64,000 nt of DNA, from NCBI GenBank assembly GCA_036172245.1, contig JAYWIR010000012.1, positions 930,001 through 994,000 on the forward strand, in the 5' to 3' direction. The stretch's first letter is position 1; the number at the start of each line of letters is the position of its first letter. The notes beneath the pieces are model-generated. The model saw only the letters and a program-made list of their open reading frames with translations, was not told the origin of the DNA and did not search any database. Shown piece after piece: positions 1-12,271 of this stretch. The DNA is from Raillietiella orientalis (Eukaryota). Both the position numbers and the translations under genes were made by a program.

Positions 1-18
1 GCCGCCGCGGTTCTACCA

Positions 19-88
19 CTTCCTTCCATTCCTTGTACCCATTGCCGCCGTAGCCACGGAGGCAATGGGTACAAGGAATGGAAGGAAG
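19..88. repeat. Near-perfect inverted repeat (hairpin), 28-bp perfect stem
   Basis: 19-46 CTTCCTTCCATTCCTTGTACCCATTGCC is the exact reverse complement of 61-88. After one G/A mismatch the stem continues CCGT/ACGG around a 4-nt loop (AGCC). Confidence 0.97.
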
Positions 89-99
89 GGTATGTTCCC

Positions 100-2450
100 A
101 GAACGTGTCTTTCACAGAGGGCTCGTGTCGAGAACTGACACGGCTGTAGAAACTCTTGAGGATTTCCCAGTAGCCTGGACCTCATTTCTACTTGACAAAA
201 TGCTGGAGGCTCTACAGTGGCCACTGTAGAATCCAGGCGCAACCCTTGCTTCACTCAGAAGGGCGAAAGGCGGACTTCCATTGTCTCCGTAGACAAAGCG
301 TTTGCTCAACAGCTTGATCTTTCCACCGCACTTCCTGAGCCCAAGGATGATAACGGCTGACACTTTCTGTCAGTTTTTTTTCTTTTCTTCTTTCTCCCTA
401 GATGGCACTCTGGAGAGTGCTGTCTGCAAGACATCAGCTGTGAGGTTTGATGTTCGGTCCAGTCTTCGAGGATGGAAACTCGAGTAAACCAGGTCTGTGT
501 TCGAAGCTTCGTTGGTCAGACCTCGCAGTCCTTCTCCTTCGCTAAGGCTGAAGCCCTCTCTAGAGTAGCTGATATCTCAGCATCGCTCGTTATGAGCGAT
601 GGTCACAAGGTCATCCGAGACCTCCTTTCGAGGTCGAACTGCGCAAATCTTGCTTCTTGAGCAGCTCGTCGAAAACGGTGCAGCAGGTCACTAATTGCAG
701 AAATGCAAGCCACTGACCAGCGACGACCTGACCTGATGATAGCAGCCCGCTAAAATCCATACCCCAACCAAGGTGAACCGTATTTTCGAAGAGAAGAGAG
801 ATTCCGTGCCGCCGCTGAGGAGGGGCCAGGTGCCGACATCTGTGGATGGGCACCGAAGCGTACTTGGTTGATGTTCACGAAGCAGCCGTCAAAAGGCTGC
901 ATCCTCAGGACAAGAAGGGGAAACTCCATGTCCTCCAGGCAGATGGTACTCTACTCCCTCTGAAACGCGCCACGTCAGGGATGCCGAATCAAACGCAGAG
1001 CAGCAGCGTCTATCCATCTGCAGCTGCAGACGGAGAGAAACTGCTCCAGAATCCTGGCGGGAGATCCTCCTCCACAGCCCCTTCCTGGTGTGACGGAGGG
1101 ATGAGGAAGAGTCATGCCGTGCCCTCTGCCTGCAGGTGGATTTCTTCCGAGAGCTGGCGCCCCGTTGCTGGGCAGCGGCTGAGATAGGACCGCCGTGGCC
1201 CTGAGAGACCACTGCGAGAGCACCAACGAGTCACAGCGAGCTCCTGGAAAGAGTCGGTGCGTGTCCAAAGCAGCAGCCTGTGCCTTCCAGTCCTCAGCAA
1301 TGGATCTCTTCTTTCCTCCGGTGAGGCCGAGACCTCCAGCTGCTGCTTTGCCGCACCGGCTAGAAAGACGAGTCTCCTGCTGCTGCCTTTGTCGAGCGAA
1401 CTGCTGAGGAATGACGTAGAAGAGCTCACAGAAGGATCGACGCCCGCCCGAGTCGGGTTGGCGCTGACCGCGGTAAGAGGAGGGAGGAAAGTTCTCCCAG
1501 TCCCACTGCCGTCTATCCAGTCTGCTGATTCGGTCCCCTCTGGACTCCTGCAATGCTGACCCGGGAGGCCGACGGGTCCCGGAGCCGTCTCCAGTTCCTC
1601 CCTGCTGTTTTGCAAGCCTCGGAATTCGGAAAATCCCGTTTTCCTCCCACCTGCTACCCTGAGAACCGGATTCCGTCCGTCGCCCCCTTGAGCTCTTCCT
1701 GCCTCCGCTTCCGGTCTCTCTCTTCGTCCACAGCCTCCCTGAAAGGGAAAGGAAGCTCCCTCTTATAATCTCCCTACTCATCGCCCCCCTGTGCCCTTCT
1801 CTGTAGCTCTCTCCCTCAGCTCCAGTGCGGGACGAAGAGCGCCTGCGACCACTCACGGAGAGAGATCCCAGGTCTTCTCTCCATGCGGTCTTCTTTGTTA
1901 AGATGCCGCAGGGCGAGAGAGCGGTAGCCCCGCTTCGCAAACCGCTCGCATCGCCTTCGACGTGATGGCGGACTCGGCAAAGGCTCTTCTGCCCTCAAGC
2001 TCGCGGCTCCTGACGGATGCTTGTGGTTATCCAGACGTAACAGGTACCGTCGGGCAAGGTGCCTTGAACCTAAGCTCTGCAACGACGTTCTTCTTAAGAA
2101 GAAAAAATTCATGACCCTACAACCCGTCCCCCCAAAAAAATGGGTTTCGATCGAAGACGAGAGAGCATTGCTCCAAAATGTCGACCTCTTCTTCTACTCT
2201 TCCTGAGCGGGATAACGAGAAGCGAAATCCTGATCGGGAAGCCGTGGTTCTGCGAGCTGGAGAGCCTTCTCGTCGCTCCTGGAACCAAAGATGCTTCATC
2301 CTTTTCTCGCCTCTTGTTTCCTTGCGAATCGCACTGCCTGGCTGCTGGAGTTAGCTGACGCGTGGGGGAGGATTTACGGATCGAGAGATGAAACGAGGCG
2401 GATGCGCTCGTCAGCCTTTGCAGGAGGTGGTGTGGAGCTCACGCAAGGTG
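100..2450 (-). mobile_element. Decayed L1/Tx1-like non-LTR retrotransposon: ORF1 region plus APE endonuclease remnant
   Basis: Minus-strand remnants: degenerate zinc knuckle RRCERFAKRGYRSLA (~1910-1960) and endonuclease-like GISLLF (~790-810) and DLVYSS (~480-495). About 1410-1680 is clearly homologous to ~25660-25935 (QNSREELETAPGP..RTFLPPLTAVSANPTRAGV vs QNSREEPETAWEP..RTFLPPLTEISANPTRAGV). Many stops and frameshifts. Confidence 0.6.
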
Positions 2451-2699
2451 CCGTGGGCACCGCTCACCCCCTTTGCCCTTATCAGACCTTATCGGCCTGC
2501 GGGTTGGTAAGGACAAGTGCCCCAAGACACACAAAACTATTGTGCTGACCAAAAAGAAAAACATTGATAACAAAAAAAGACTTTGTTATGAAATTTTTTC
2601 TATGTGAAAAATTTTAATAATAAGAGCCCCGGCTCACCCGGGTGAAAAACCCCCTTTGCCCTAGTGCTGCGCTACCTAAGGAACACAAGGACGGAGAGC

Positions 2700-3420
2700 T
2701 TCGAGCGAGGTAGGAAATGTCCTGGTGCATCGCAACAAGGAAGAAATTTTTGGGCGGGTGGACAACTCGGGAGGTGCTGCACGCTACGACCCCGAGTGTT
2801 CCACCCAATGGACTCATACGCTGGGGCAAGATGCTCGGTATCTTTTCGGAGAAGCTGAAGTGGCCCCTGGCATGCTGCCCTTCCCCTGAGGGGCGGGAGT
2901 TGGCGTTGCCGGTGTTGCGCGGGAGTTCCGTGCAAAGCGTGGACGTGGACGCACAGTGCGGCAGGTGCGGGAAGAAGGAAACCCTCCCACACCTGCTGCT
3001 GGACTGTGCTGCCTTCTGTCCCCTTTGGGATCACCTCGTGACGACTCTTCGAAACCCGGGGGCATCCCCAGGAACATTCTGAAACGCCTCTTCGTGCGTG
3101 GTGCTTCATGCCACCAGCCGTGCCCTTCTCAGTTCTCTGCTGTCTTCACGGGATTGCAGTGGAACGCCTCAAGAAGAGCGGAAGGAACCCCATCCATTGT
3201 TCAGGAATTTTCTTGAAGACCTCCATGAGATGGTCCCACCTGGGCTGCATAAGGACAGAAGCGAGCGTCCTGGGCAGGATGCAGAGCACGCCTTGCAGCG
3301 AACAGATATCACTTCCTCGATTTCCCGCTCCTCCTCTTCCCCTCCCCCTTTCCCCGAGGAAAACTTTCCCGCCCTTTTTTTGTTTGTTTCTTGTTGTTTT
3401 CGGTTTTCCTTTCCCTTTCA
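2700..3420 (+). mobile_element. 3' end of a non-LTR retrotransposon ORF2 (C-terminal zf-RVT-type CCHC motif), relic
   Basis: ORF 2717-3082 contains CGRCGKKETLPHLLLDCAAFCPLW, matching the CxxC..ETxxHLxxxC...W motif at the ORF2 C-terminus of L1/Tx1-clade elements. A pyrimidine-rich 3' tail follows. Confidence 0.75.
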
Positions 3421-3559
3421 CTGCCGAAGTTGACCTCGCTGGTATGCATCCCGGCAAATTGGCGTTTTTGCTATTGCGTGGTAGAACTACACGTTCTACC
3501 ACTAAGATGCATTTTTATTACTATTGTGGCCCGGAAGAACCGAGTGAAAAACGTCGCAT

Positions 3560-4020
3560 TCTTCGGGGATTTTCGAAGTCCTTCGCTGACCGGACCGGAA
3601 CGCCCCGCTCCCGGAGAGATCACTCGTTTCCGCTGTGAAAATTCCCACAGGACGTGGGTCACCCCTTCGCCTCCGAGGGCCGGTGCACCTCCCCGATCGG
3701 GTTTGGTTCGAAATCCCGAACGACCAAAAAACCCTAAATTCAAAATCCCGAAAGATTCAAAGAATAGGTACTTGAATGCTTATTATACATTTACGAATAC
3801 ACAAATTTTTATGTGGATTAATGGATAGATTAATGTATACTCTAAAGATTATAAAAACAAACACACAAATATGTGAGTGAGTTCATTGTATGAATTAATA
3901 TTTACGTCGATACTTAAATAAATGTTTCATTAAGGGAACAATATGTGCATTATATATATATATATAGGTTAGTATATGAATAAATATGTATCAGTGAGAT
4001 TTAATTCTTTTCAAAGACCC
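3560..4020. repeat. AT-rich MITE-like remnant with AATCCCGAA sub-terminal repeats and a (TA)n tract
   Basis: AATCCCGAA occurs twice in 3712-3752, an inverted TTCGGGGATTTTCG lies at ~3562, and an AT-rich interior carries (TA)n at ~3951-3966. The same motif occurs at the end of the 27301-27800 element. Confidence 0.4.
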
Positions 4021-4049
4021 CCCAAATTGCACGACCTCCAAGAGAAGAC

Positions 4050-5330
4050 GACCGCCAGCGTGCAAGCGCTCTGAGTTCGGAAGGCACTCGCATAGAAATC
4101 GCTGCTGCCCGCTGGCCACGCTGAGGGGCGATGAGCGCTCTTCGCCTCGAGCGGTCACACTTCTACCCTCAAGGCGAAGTGGGGAACCCTCTCAAGGGCC
4201 AGCTGGAAGGCACTCTCCTTCCTCCGTGGCGCCCACCCTCCAAGTTCCTGGGGCCTGCCGACGCGGCATGTGTGGCGCTTCTTGAGCGTATTGCTGCCCC
4301 CTTGACGGAAACGCGTAGGTGCAAGAATCACGGAGTGTGTGGAGGCGTCCGAAAATCCAGCAGCAACGGCTCCCTGACAACAGCGCTGTCAAACCCCTGG
4401 AGATACACTCTACACGTCTGCTTCCCAGGACCCAGCTCGAGACTATCCAGGAACGCCCACGCAACCCTCACCGTATTGATGGGGGAGAGCGGGAGGTGCT
4501 CCTCCTGCAGAGTGGAAAGTGCCCTCGAAGCTGTCGGGGTGACCTGCCCTCGACAAGGCCCGTGGTGCTTCCTTGGACGGTGCTTGAGTCAGAAGACTCT
4601 CCCGAACGCTTGGTTGCGTTTTGCAGCCTCCAGAGACGTCCCCCACACGGAAGAACGGGCGACCATCCTGTGGAAGGAACATCCCTGCGTGAGCGAACGA
4701 GGATCGAACGTTCGCGCTCCCCGGACTCAACCGGGAAAGCAAGAGGAAGTCCTGTGAGGTGAAGGCGCGGACACGCCTGTGAGCACTCTGCGTCGTTCCC
4801 CACGAAAGCTCGCGGGGGGGGCTTCGCTGGCGCCGAATCCAGGGGGCTGCACGTGTCCCCACGTGCGTGAGCGCAACCGCTTCCATGGGCCCAGGTAGCA
4901 GTGGTCCTCGACAGTGCGGATTCGAACTCCCATCCAGTAGCTTCCGGAATTCCCATCAGCACGTGTCCAAGGTCCAGGGGTTTGGTGCTCTTCCGCATGT
5001 GTCCGAGGTCTGGGGTGTGTAAGCTCTTCCTCACGTATCCGTTGTCCGAGGTCTGGAATCGTTCCGGGGTTTTCTTCAGAGAAGCAAGGAGGAATGCCCC
5101 CTTCGTGACTCCCTTCGGAGACGACCAGGGTGCAGGGCTCCTTTCGGGGTTCGCTCCCAAGCCTAAGAGGAACGGATCCCTTCTTCCGGAGCCTTCCTGG
5201 ATTCATAGAGTGACCCCTAGTGGTACCCTCTATAACTTAAAGAGTGGCACGCACCCTCGGGTGGTGTGGAAATGCTAAAGAGCTTCGTGAGCCGCCAGGA
5301 GAACGACGGTTGTTTAGTACTTAGCGAACC
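4050..5330 (+). mobile_element. 5' part of a decayed L1/Tx1-like element (ORF1 region plus start of endonuclease)
   Basis: GC-rich ORF1-like segment followed at ~5255-5300 by LGWCGNAKELRE, resembling the endonuclease start HLGCINAKGLRD at 21585-21620. Truncated immediately afterwards. Confidence 0.5.
4960..5057. repeat. Imperfect tandem repeat, ~36-bp unit, ~2.6 copies
   Basis: CACGTGTCCAAGGTCCAGGGGTTTGGTGCTCTTCCG / CATGTGTCCGAGGTCTGGGGTGTGTAAGCTCTTCCT / CACGTATCC..TGTCCGAGGTCTGG. Confidence 0.8.
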
Positions 5331-6647
5331 AAAAAGAAGAAAACCCGAAAATACAAAGTTCGCGGCTTTGCACGCTTGGAGCTAATGATGAGCCCAAAGT
5401 TTGACAGCGTTTGTGTCCCGCTGGGAACACTGAGCCATCTCTGCCAATCCAGTTCTCAAATAGTCAGCCTCGTGGAATTCTCCGACCTTGAAGCGAATGG
5501 GCTGGCAAGGAGGAGCGATGCGCAGAATGCTGCATGAACTTGCACCGCCTTGGTGCCAGCTTGTATTTATTGAATCCTGAAGGCACCAGGCATTCCAGTT
5601 AGTCGAATGGATAAAAAGCAATTTGCAGGGTTTCGGAGTAGGAGAAGAGAAACCAGTCTGGTGGCGGGTGTCCGACGTATTCCCGGAACAGCAGGAAGAT
5701 AGGAAGAGCTCCTGGACCATAACATGAATGTGGCGGAGCGGGATTGGCTCAGAATTCATCCGAAAAGATTCTTAGTTTCTGGAGAGTGAAGACTAAATTC
5801 CTCCAACAGAAAAATTGAGAACACTGCAGGCTGGTGATTTTGGGGCTGTATTTGGCTGCAGGCTGGTCCGTTTTTTTTTCTGAGCACGAAACGCGACAAC
5901 GCGACACCGACGCTCCGAAAACGGCGCCACCCGCATCCTTTTCAGCACGTGAAGGAAATTTGTCGATCCGTAAAATTTTCGGTTGTTTACAAAAATAAGG
6001 TGCCTGCATGAACACTGTTTGTAGTGAGCTTCTCTGGGAGCCTCAATCATCAACAGGAACCCATTTTGCACGCCTCTGAGGTTTCCAGGGACAAATCAGC
6101 ACATAGAGCACCATCAAAAGTGCTGCGAAGTGCAGCAAATGATCGGAACAGCAAAGCGTTTCTCAGAAGACCCGACAACGGCTGTACATATACGCAAAGA
6201 TCTTACAAGACATCCACATACTCATTTATTCGTTTTATAACACCAAGAAATGGAGATCTTTGGAATTAACCAAAATTATTTTCCCGGGGAAGAAATTCTC
6301 ATAATTTCAATGCATCCTGCCGCTACATGCGAGATAGTTGGCACGTTTTCAAACTGGCCGTAATTGCCATTTCTGCAGCATTGCAATGACTTTGAAGCTT
6401 CACGTTGCAGAGAGGCAAAGAGGTGCCATACGGACAAACAGCAACAACTTGCAAAACTGTGAGGCAATAATTATCAGATGTCATACAAAAAATATATTGT
6501 TTCATCCCATGCACCGATTATAGTTTTGAATTTTTTATCTGAAATGGCACTGCAACTACGATTCAAGTATTTTCCCCCGTCCTTCTGAGGGATATTGCCA
6601 CAGATGACTATTTCTTGCCAACGAGCTTGGTTAGACTACATAAAATA

Positions 6648-9600
6648 TCATTTTAGCTTCTTATGGCTTTGACGTGCTTCTAATAGAATTTCATCAAACT
6701 TCCTTAAGACTTCACTGAACCTCTCTTCTTTGACAAAAGTACTACAAACAGATGATGGTGGTGTTTCAACACTTGCTGTGCTTTTGATGCGAGTAGGTGG
6801 GTGCTCTTTGGGACTATGCTTCTCACAGTGAAACAGTACAACATTAGCTCCTTCTCCATAACTACTAACAGCCAGTATATCTTCTAGAGGATGATACGCT
6901 ACGCAACTGACTGCTTTGGAGAATGGTAGATCAAAAAAAATATTCAGCTGTTTGGCTGTCAGCCTGTCAAAAACGTATAAACAACTATCCTCACTGCCAC
7001 ATAACAGTATATTTCCACAAGTACAAAAGGTAGAACCACATAATTCTCTGAAATTCCACGATAATTGCAGATATTCTATTTTCACATTTAACAGATGCCT
7101 TACTGGAAATTTATAACTCCATGGTAATGTACTACTGGAATCATCAGCCTGATGTCAAGTAACTGAATTTGGGAATCCTTGGAACATATCAGTACTTGCT
7201 TGCTTGAGGGATGCATAACTAGATTCGTCACAGGGAAATCACTGATCTTCAGCTGTCTACAAAAAAAAAAAAAATTCTGATTGCAACTGCATACTCACCT
7301 CAAGAGCACCAAGCTCAATGAATTCCCATGCATTTCACAATTCCATAAGATAATCATTCCTCGACTATCACCTGATAACATTTGTAGACCATCCATGGTG
7401 AAAACCACAGCAGTTACATATCCCTGGTGTCCTGAAGCCAGCCCTAACAGCTACATGAAACACAGTTTCATATCCTGAGCCAACACTGAGATTTACAGCT
7501 TATAATAAATGTACTGATACAAGCATGCATGCCAGAAAAAAATCTGTGATGAAAATTTTAAAATTTTCTAAACAGGTCCATAAATTATAACAAGGTGGGC
7601 AAGTAATTTTTGATTCTGAGAATTACCTTGGATCCATGGTCTCCAATGAACCAAATCCTCAGCAGTTGATCGTAACATCCAGTAACAATGATGTGCAACA
7701 TAACTGGTGACATGCGTGCACAGTACACAAAGGAAGGATGTGCCATTGGCTATAAGCACGTTTTTCCCTGTATAAACAGCATGGAGACTCACCACTTGAG
7801 GACCAGAAGCAACATCCCACAACAGAGCTACAGAATCTGCTGATGCAGTGATTATCTTCTGACTATCTGCTGACCAGTTCAAATCATAAATGAGACCTTG
7901 ATGAAAGTACAAAGTCTTCTGTAATTGCCCTGAAAGAACCTACGCCACAGGTTACAAGAACAAGGCAAGCACTCACATCATACAGTAGAACATCGTGTTG
8001 TTGATCATCATCTGAAGTAACAGCCAGATACCTGCCAGAGGGGCTAAAGGCCAGTCGAAAGCAACCTAAAGGGCCAGCTGGAAAACTACGGAATCTCTTC
8101 AAGGGAATATGACACCTCTGACCCTTGACTTTCTTCCAGCAAGTTTGGGATGCCAAATCAGTGCGATTGCCTTGCTACTCCTCGTTAAATACAGTAAGAA
8201 TTTACAGACTAACCATATCTTCAGAAGAAACAGTCATCTGATTTATATAACCTTCCTGTTGTAATGCCATCATAGATCGTAGAGCTGGTTGCAAAGATGC
8301 TGGACATGACAGTCCCTCAATTGTAACATATAAGATTCCTGGATAAGGCTGCCGAAGTGATTTCCATAACTGGAAAAGCTTAGGACCAAAACCTAGGATG
8401 CATACAAAAAAATTGGAATTACTTTGCCATCTCTCTTTCCATAATATAACTGAAGTTTTAACTTCTTATTAATATGCACTGTGTCCATTGCACCATTCAC
8501 AATGAGAAAACTCCAAGCTACTTGGCTAGGCATCACACTAGAAATCTACACTCATTAACAATATTGGAAAATAAAACCTTACAAGTTCAAAAAAGATAAT
8601 GAGGTGCCTCTCTTTCTGGAGGAGATATGATAAACTTTCATTGAAAATCAAGGTCTCTTCCCAAAGGGGAATCAAAGAGCTGAACAAATAGCCTTGGCAA
8701 ATATGAAAATTTATCATCATAGCTTACCTTTGCTTCCTTGTATGCAATGGTAATGTCATGATTGGCATAATGTAGTCTACTTGTGGATTTGTAGTTTCAT
8801 AAAAAGATACAACTGCACGATTTGAACAAGACTTTTTCACATATGTGCCAGTCTCAGAATTCAACAGATGCACTTTTATACAAAGAGAATGCAGATCAGG
8901 TGGCAGTTGGAGCCACTCACAATAATGAACTGTTATTGCAAGAATCTGATCAGACTGACATTTCTGACTTTCCTCCACCATCTTATCTACAAAATTCATT
9001 ATGAAACTATAATTTCTAATGCAAATCACCTGCAAACTGCACACTACCAACTTCATTTAACTTTGTTGACACTTCACAGACTTGGTCTATACTGGATCTT
9101 TCTGGTGATTCTGAAATCCCTTGGTCTGTAGGGAGCTGGCATTCAGATTCCAAAGATTCATTAAAATCTGATTTTTGTGAACTGTCTTTCACACTTTCAT
9201 GTTCAACTTTGTCCCCAATGCACGATATTCTTTCTACTGAATCCATCTTAATTAACTGCAATTCAGTGGATTCCGATGAAAGATGGCAACCATTATTTGC
9301 CTTCATCTGCTGGGGAAAACCTAGTCAAAGGAGGCCATTATTGATTCTGTTGGCATAAATCATTCGAAAATCTTGAAATAATTGCAGAGATAGCTATTAA
9401 ATTAAGATATCAATACTGTAATTAATAGCTAGAGATATTTGATAAATATGCTGATTCATGAATGTGCCCATCTAAGATCTTTACCTTGAACATGCATACC
9501 AGAAACAGTCTTATGAAGCAGTTGATTCTTTATTCCAGCATTTTTTGAACCAAACTGATTACCTAATAATGCAAATTCATTAACCTCTGTATATCAACTA

Positions 9601-9951
9601 CCCTGGAATTCTAAAACCTACCATCAGAAACACCAGATTCTATATCATCCAGCTTCTGCTTACTGAAACAAAATATTCGATATCTCTATCCCATCTAGGT
9701 GCGGTGCATCCAAGTGTATTTACAGAATCTATAAACAACAAACTCACCCACTTTGGCTCTTGTTTGGAACAGTGTGCATACCAAATACAGTTTCTTTACT
9801 CCACTTTGGCAAACAAGATTCATCAGGAACGAAGGCCTTGAGAAGCAATCCGTAATCCCTCATAAAATGTGCATACTACCTTATTAATATTATAATTTTT
9901 TTGTTTGGGAGGAGGAAACCAGTCAAGTTCTACTGAAGAATTTTGAATCAT
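6648..9951 (-). CDS. AHI1: Jouberin / Abelson helper integration site 1 homolog (ciliary transition-zone WD40 protein), multi-exon
   Basis: Spliced pieces match recalled AHI1 segments in order: IKVHLLNSETGTYVKK..VDYIMPIMT, PLWEETLIFNE..IIFFEL, WKKVKGQRCHIP..GCFRLAFSPSGRYLA, HQGLIYDLNWS, HPSFVY, CGNILLCGSEDS..DLPFSKAVSCVAYHPLED. Last exon 7047-6648 ends in TGA. The start ATG at 9951 is tentative because the N-terminal exons are poorly conserved. Confidence 0.93.
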
Positions 9952-12271
9952 TGCACTAAGCTGGGGTTTCATTGCACTACTAAACAACGTTAATAAGCTA
10001 TTGTTTCGAACCGAGTTGGACGTGGTGTGTTTGAAGACTGCATTGAAGCCCCAAACAAATTCCACGTGAGGGCAATCGATTTTGTAATCGATTGCAGCTG
10101 CCTCGTTTGCTCCACGTTTGCTAAGCTCTCCCCAGCGATGGGCTCCCCTTCCTGCCTGGATTTCCTAAACTGCTTGTGCATTGGGCACAACGTTGAGGTG
10201 AACTATACGAAGAACTTCACTGTTCGTTTTTTTTCCTTTCGGGTGGGGGATGGGGCAGAGGCAGGAAGCTCTAGGAAAGATCAGGGCCTAGTTTGAGACA
10301 GGTGTCACATTAGTTTTCTTTTAAGCGTATATTTATTATAAAATAAACACAAGGCATACGTTGCTCTTCCAATCATTCATATTGTCTATATAAACACAGC
10401 GCTCATCGTGGCGAACGCGATAACACAAAAACATTAAGTAAAAGCTGCAAATTAAAATACATTAAATTTCTGATTATCTCGCGATCATGAGATGCGTGTA
10501 ACCGATAAACAAAAGCTAACGAATCATGGAGAATACTTTGTATTTTTATTAACTCTCAGATTAATATGAAATTTTGCATACCAATTCATTTTTAGCTTAT
10601 ATTCATCTAAAAAGCATTTTATTCAACTGCCTTAGTTGACGTTATTACTAAGAGCACAAAAAAGAACCCAGAGAAAGCCAAGATGAGTCCTCATCAGGTG
10701 AAAGCTGAAAACTAAAACAATAAATTACGTATTGTTCAACTAATGGATTTGTTCCCTATTTTCCCTATATCTCGGAACTACAGTAATTTTTCGAAGCTAG
10801 TATCAAGTGTAGAGCCACAGAAATCAGCAGAATTGTCAAGGAAGAGCATTTTAGTTAGAAAACAGGCGCAAAGTATACGACAATGAAAGTCATCTTCACC
10901 AAATAGGTACTAATAAGGCTTCATTAGATACCGTCATTGGAAAGGCATATGTCTGTGATCAAATTTTTATGTATATTCGGCCAGTTCATCCAAAAAAAAA
11001 ATACTCTAATTGTTAAAGATAAATACTATTTTCATTTTTTTCAGGGTCCATATCAGTCGTTAATATTTTTTACACCTCAGCTGCAAATACTTGACCTGTT
11101 CCTATCACGAAAAAGTTATAAAAAGAATACTTGACCTCTATGGGAAAAGACTTATTCATGGCCCATTGATAAATCAATAACTTTTAATTGGCTACATTTA
11201 GCTGCATACTGATTTCCCACTTTAAAACATCTGAAAATTTATATCCTGGAAGTTCGGTGTATTCAATAATGAGGTCTCATATCTAAAGAAAAAAGGAGTA
11301 CAGTAATAAAACACCTTAGTAAACCTCACTGACACAGGACACCATTTTGGCTGAGACAAACACAGATTTAATTTTCTATTGTTCGACTACTTAAAAGTCC
11401 TTTGCTCTCAGTCCGCCTCTAGATGTAGTAAACAAAAAAAAGAAATATTTTGATATACATTCAATTTTATAATCTTGGCTTGGAGACCAACCTTTGCTTT
11501 TATGGTGACGAATTCATTTCATTTTCTGTATAATCCAGTGTTCTAATTTAAACTAACGAGAGAAATTAAAGTATTGCTTCACAAATTCTATTGAACAAAC
11601 AAGCTGTAGAGTTTGCATTTGACTAAATATTTTTATTTAACAAAATTTTGTTCCTTGTTTAATCAAAATTTTCATTTATGCATTTTGCAACATTGTTTGT
11701 ATCATAAATTATACCTTCATTATTTATGCATCACATTACATAACTGTCGAAGAAATAATAATACTTGTCTTTTATTTTTTAAAAATACTTTTTGCCTTTA
11801 TTTACTATGATTGCTTATCAGTCACATTAAGCATGATTCATTGTTAGCTTTTAAATAGTTCGCTAAATAGATTAATTTTAGCTAAATAGTTCTGTGAAAT
11901 CATTGCATAACTTTCATTAAGGGGATATGTATATATTGACATAGCACTTAGATTTCTCAGTGCTTTTGATGCGAATTTTATCGCAAATTTTTCAGTTGAT
12001 TCATTTCATCAGACTTTATAAAATGCGCACATTGAAACTGAAGTCGTAAATGAAGCCAGATGAATTCTCTCCAATTTTCCATTAGAAACTGACATATGAA
12101 AGCCCATTTTAAACTCATTTGTTCTAATGATTTATTATTGTTATAGAGGATGAGTAATTTCGTTGTGATGGAAATAAGCTCAATGAATCTGCAGAATTGT
12201 CTCTCTAGTGAAAATAATTTTTAATATTTTGAGAGAAACCTGGCATCCATGTTGATTATCTTTTCTTGAAT

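Noticed and set aside
975..1940. Long overlapping ORFs in GC-rich regions (also 20500-21900, 22929-23678, 54085-54720)
   Set aside because: Arg/Ser/Pro/Gly-rich, open on several frames at once and inside TE relics; explained by GC content rather than genes.
4905..4960. B-box-like GGAGTTCGAATCC on the minus strand (possible tRNA or SINE)
   Set aside because: No cloverleaf or A box at suitable spacing.
4960..5057. 36-bp repeats of CRISPR-like length
   Set aside because: Directly tandem with no spacers, degenerate, in eukaryotic context and without cas genes.
9950..10600. Search for an RFX X-box upstream of AHI1 (and of RSPH14)
   Set aside because: Only half-sites or poor matches were seen; not supportable by eye.
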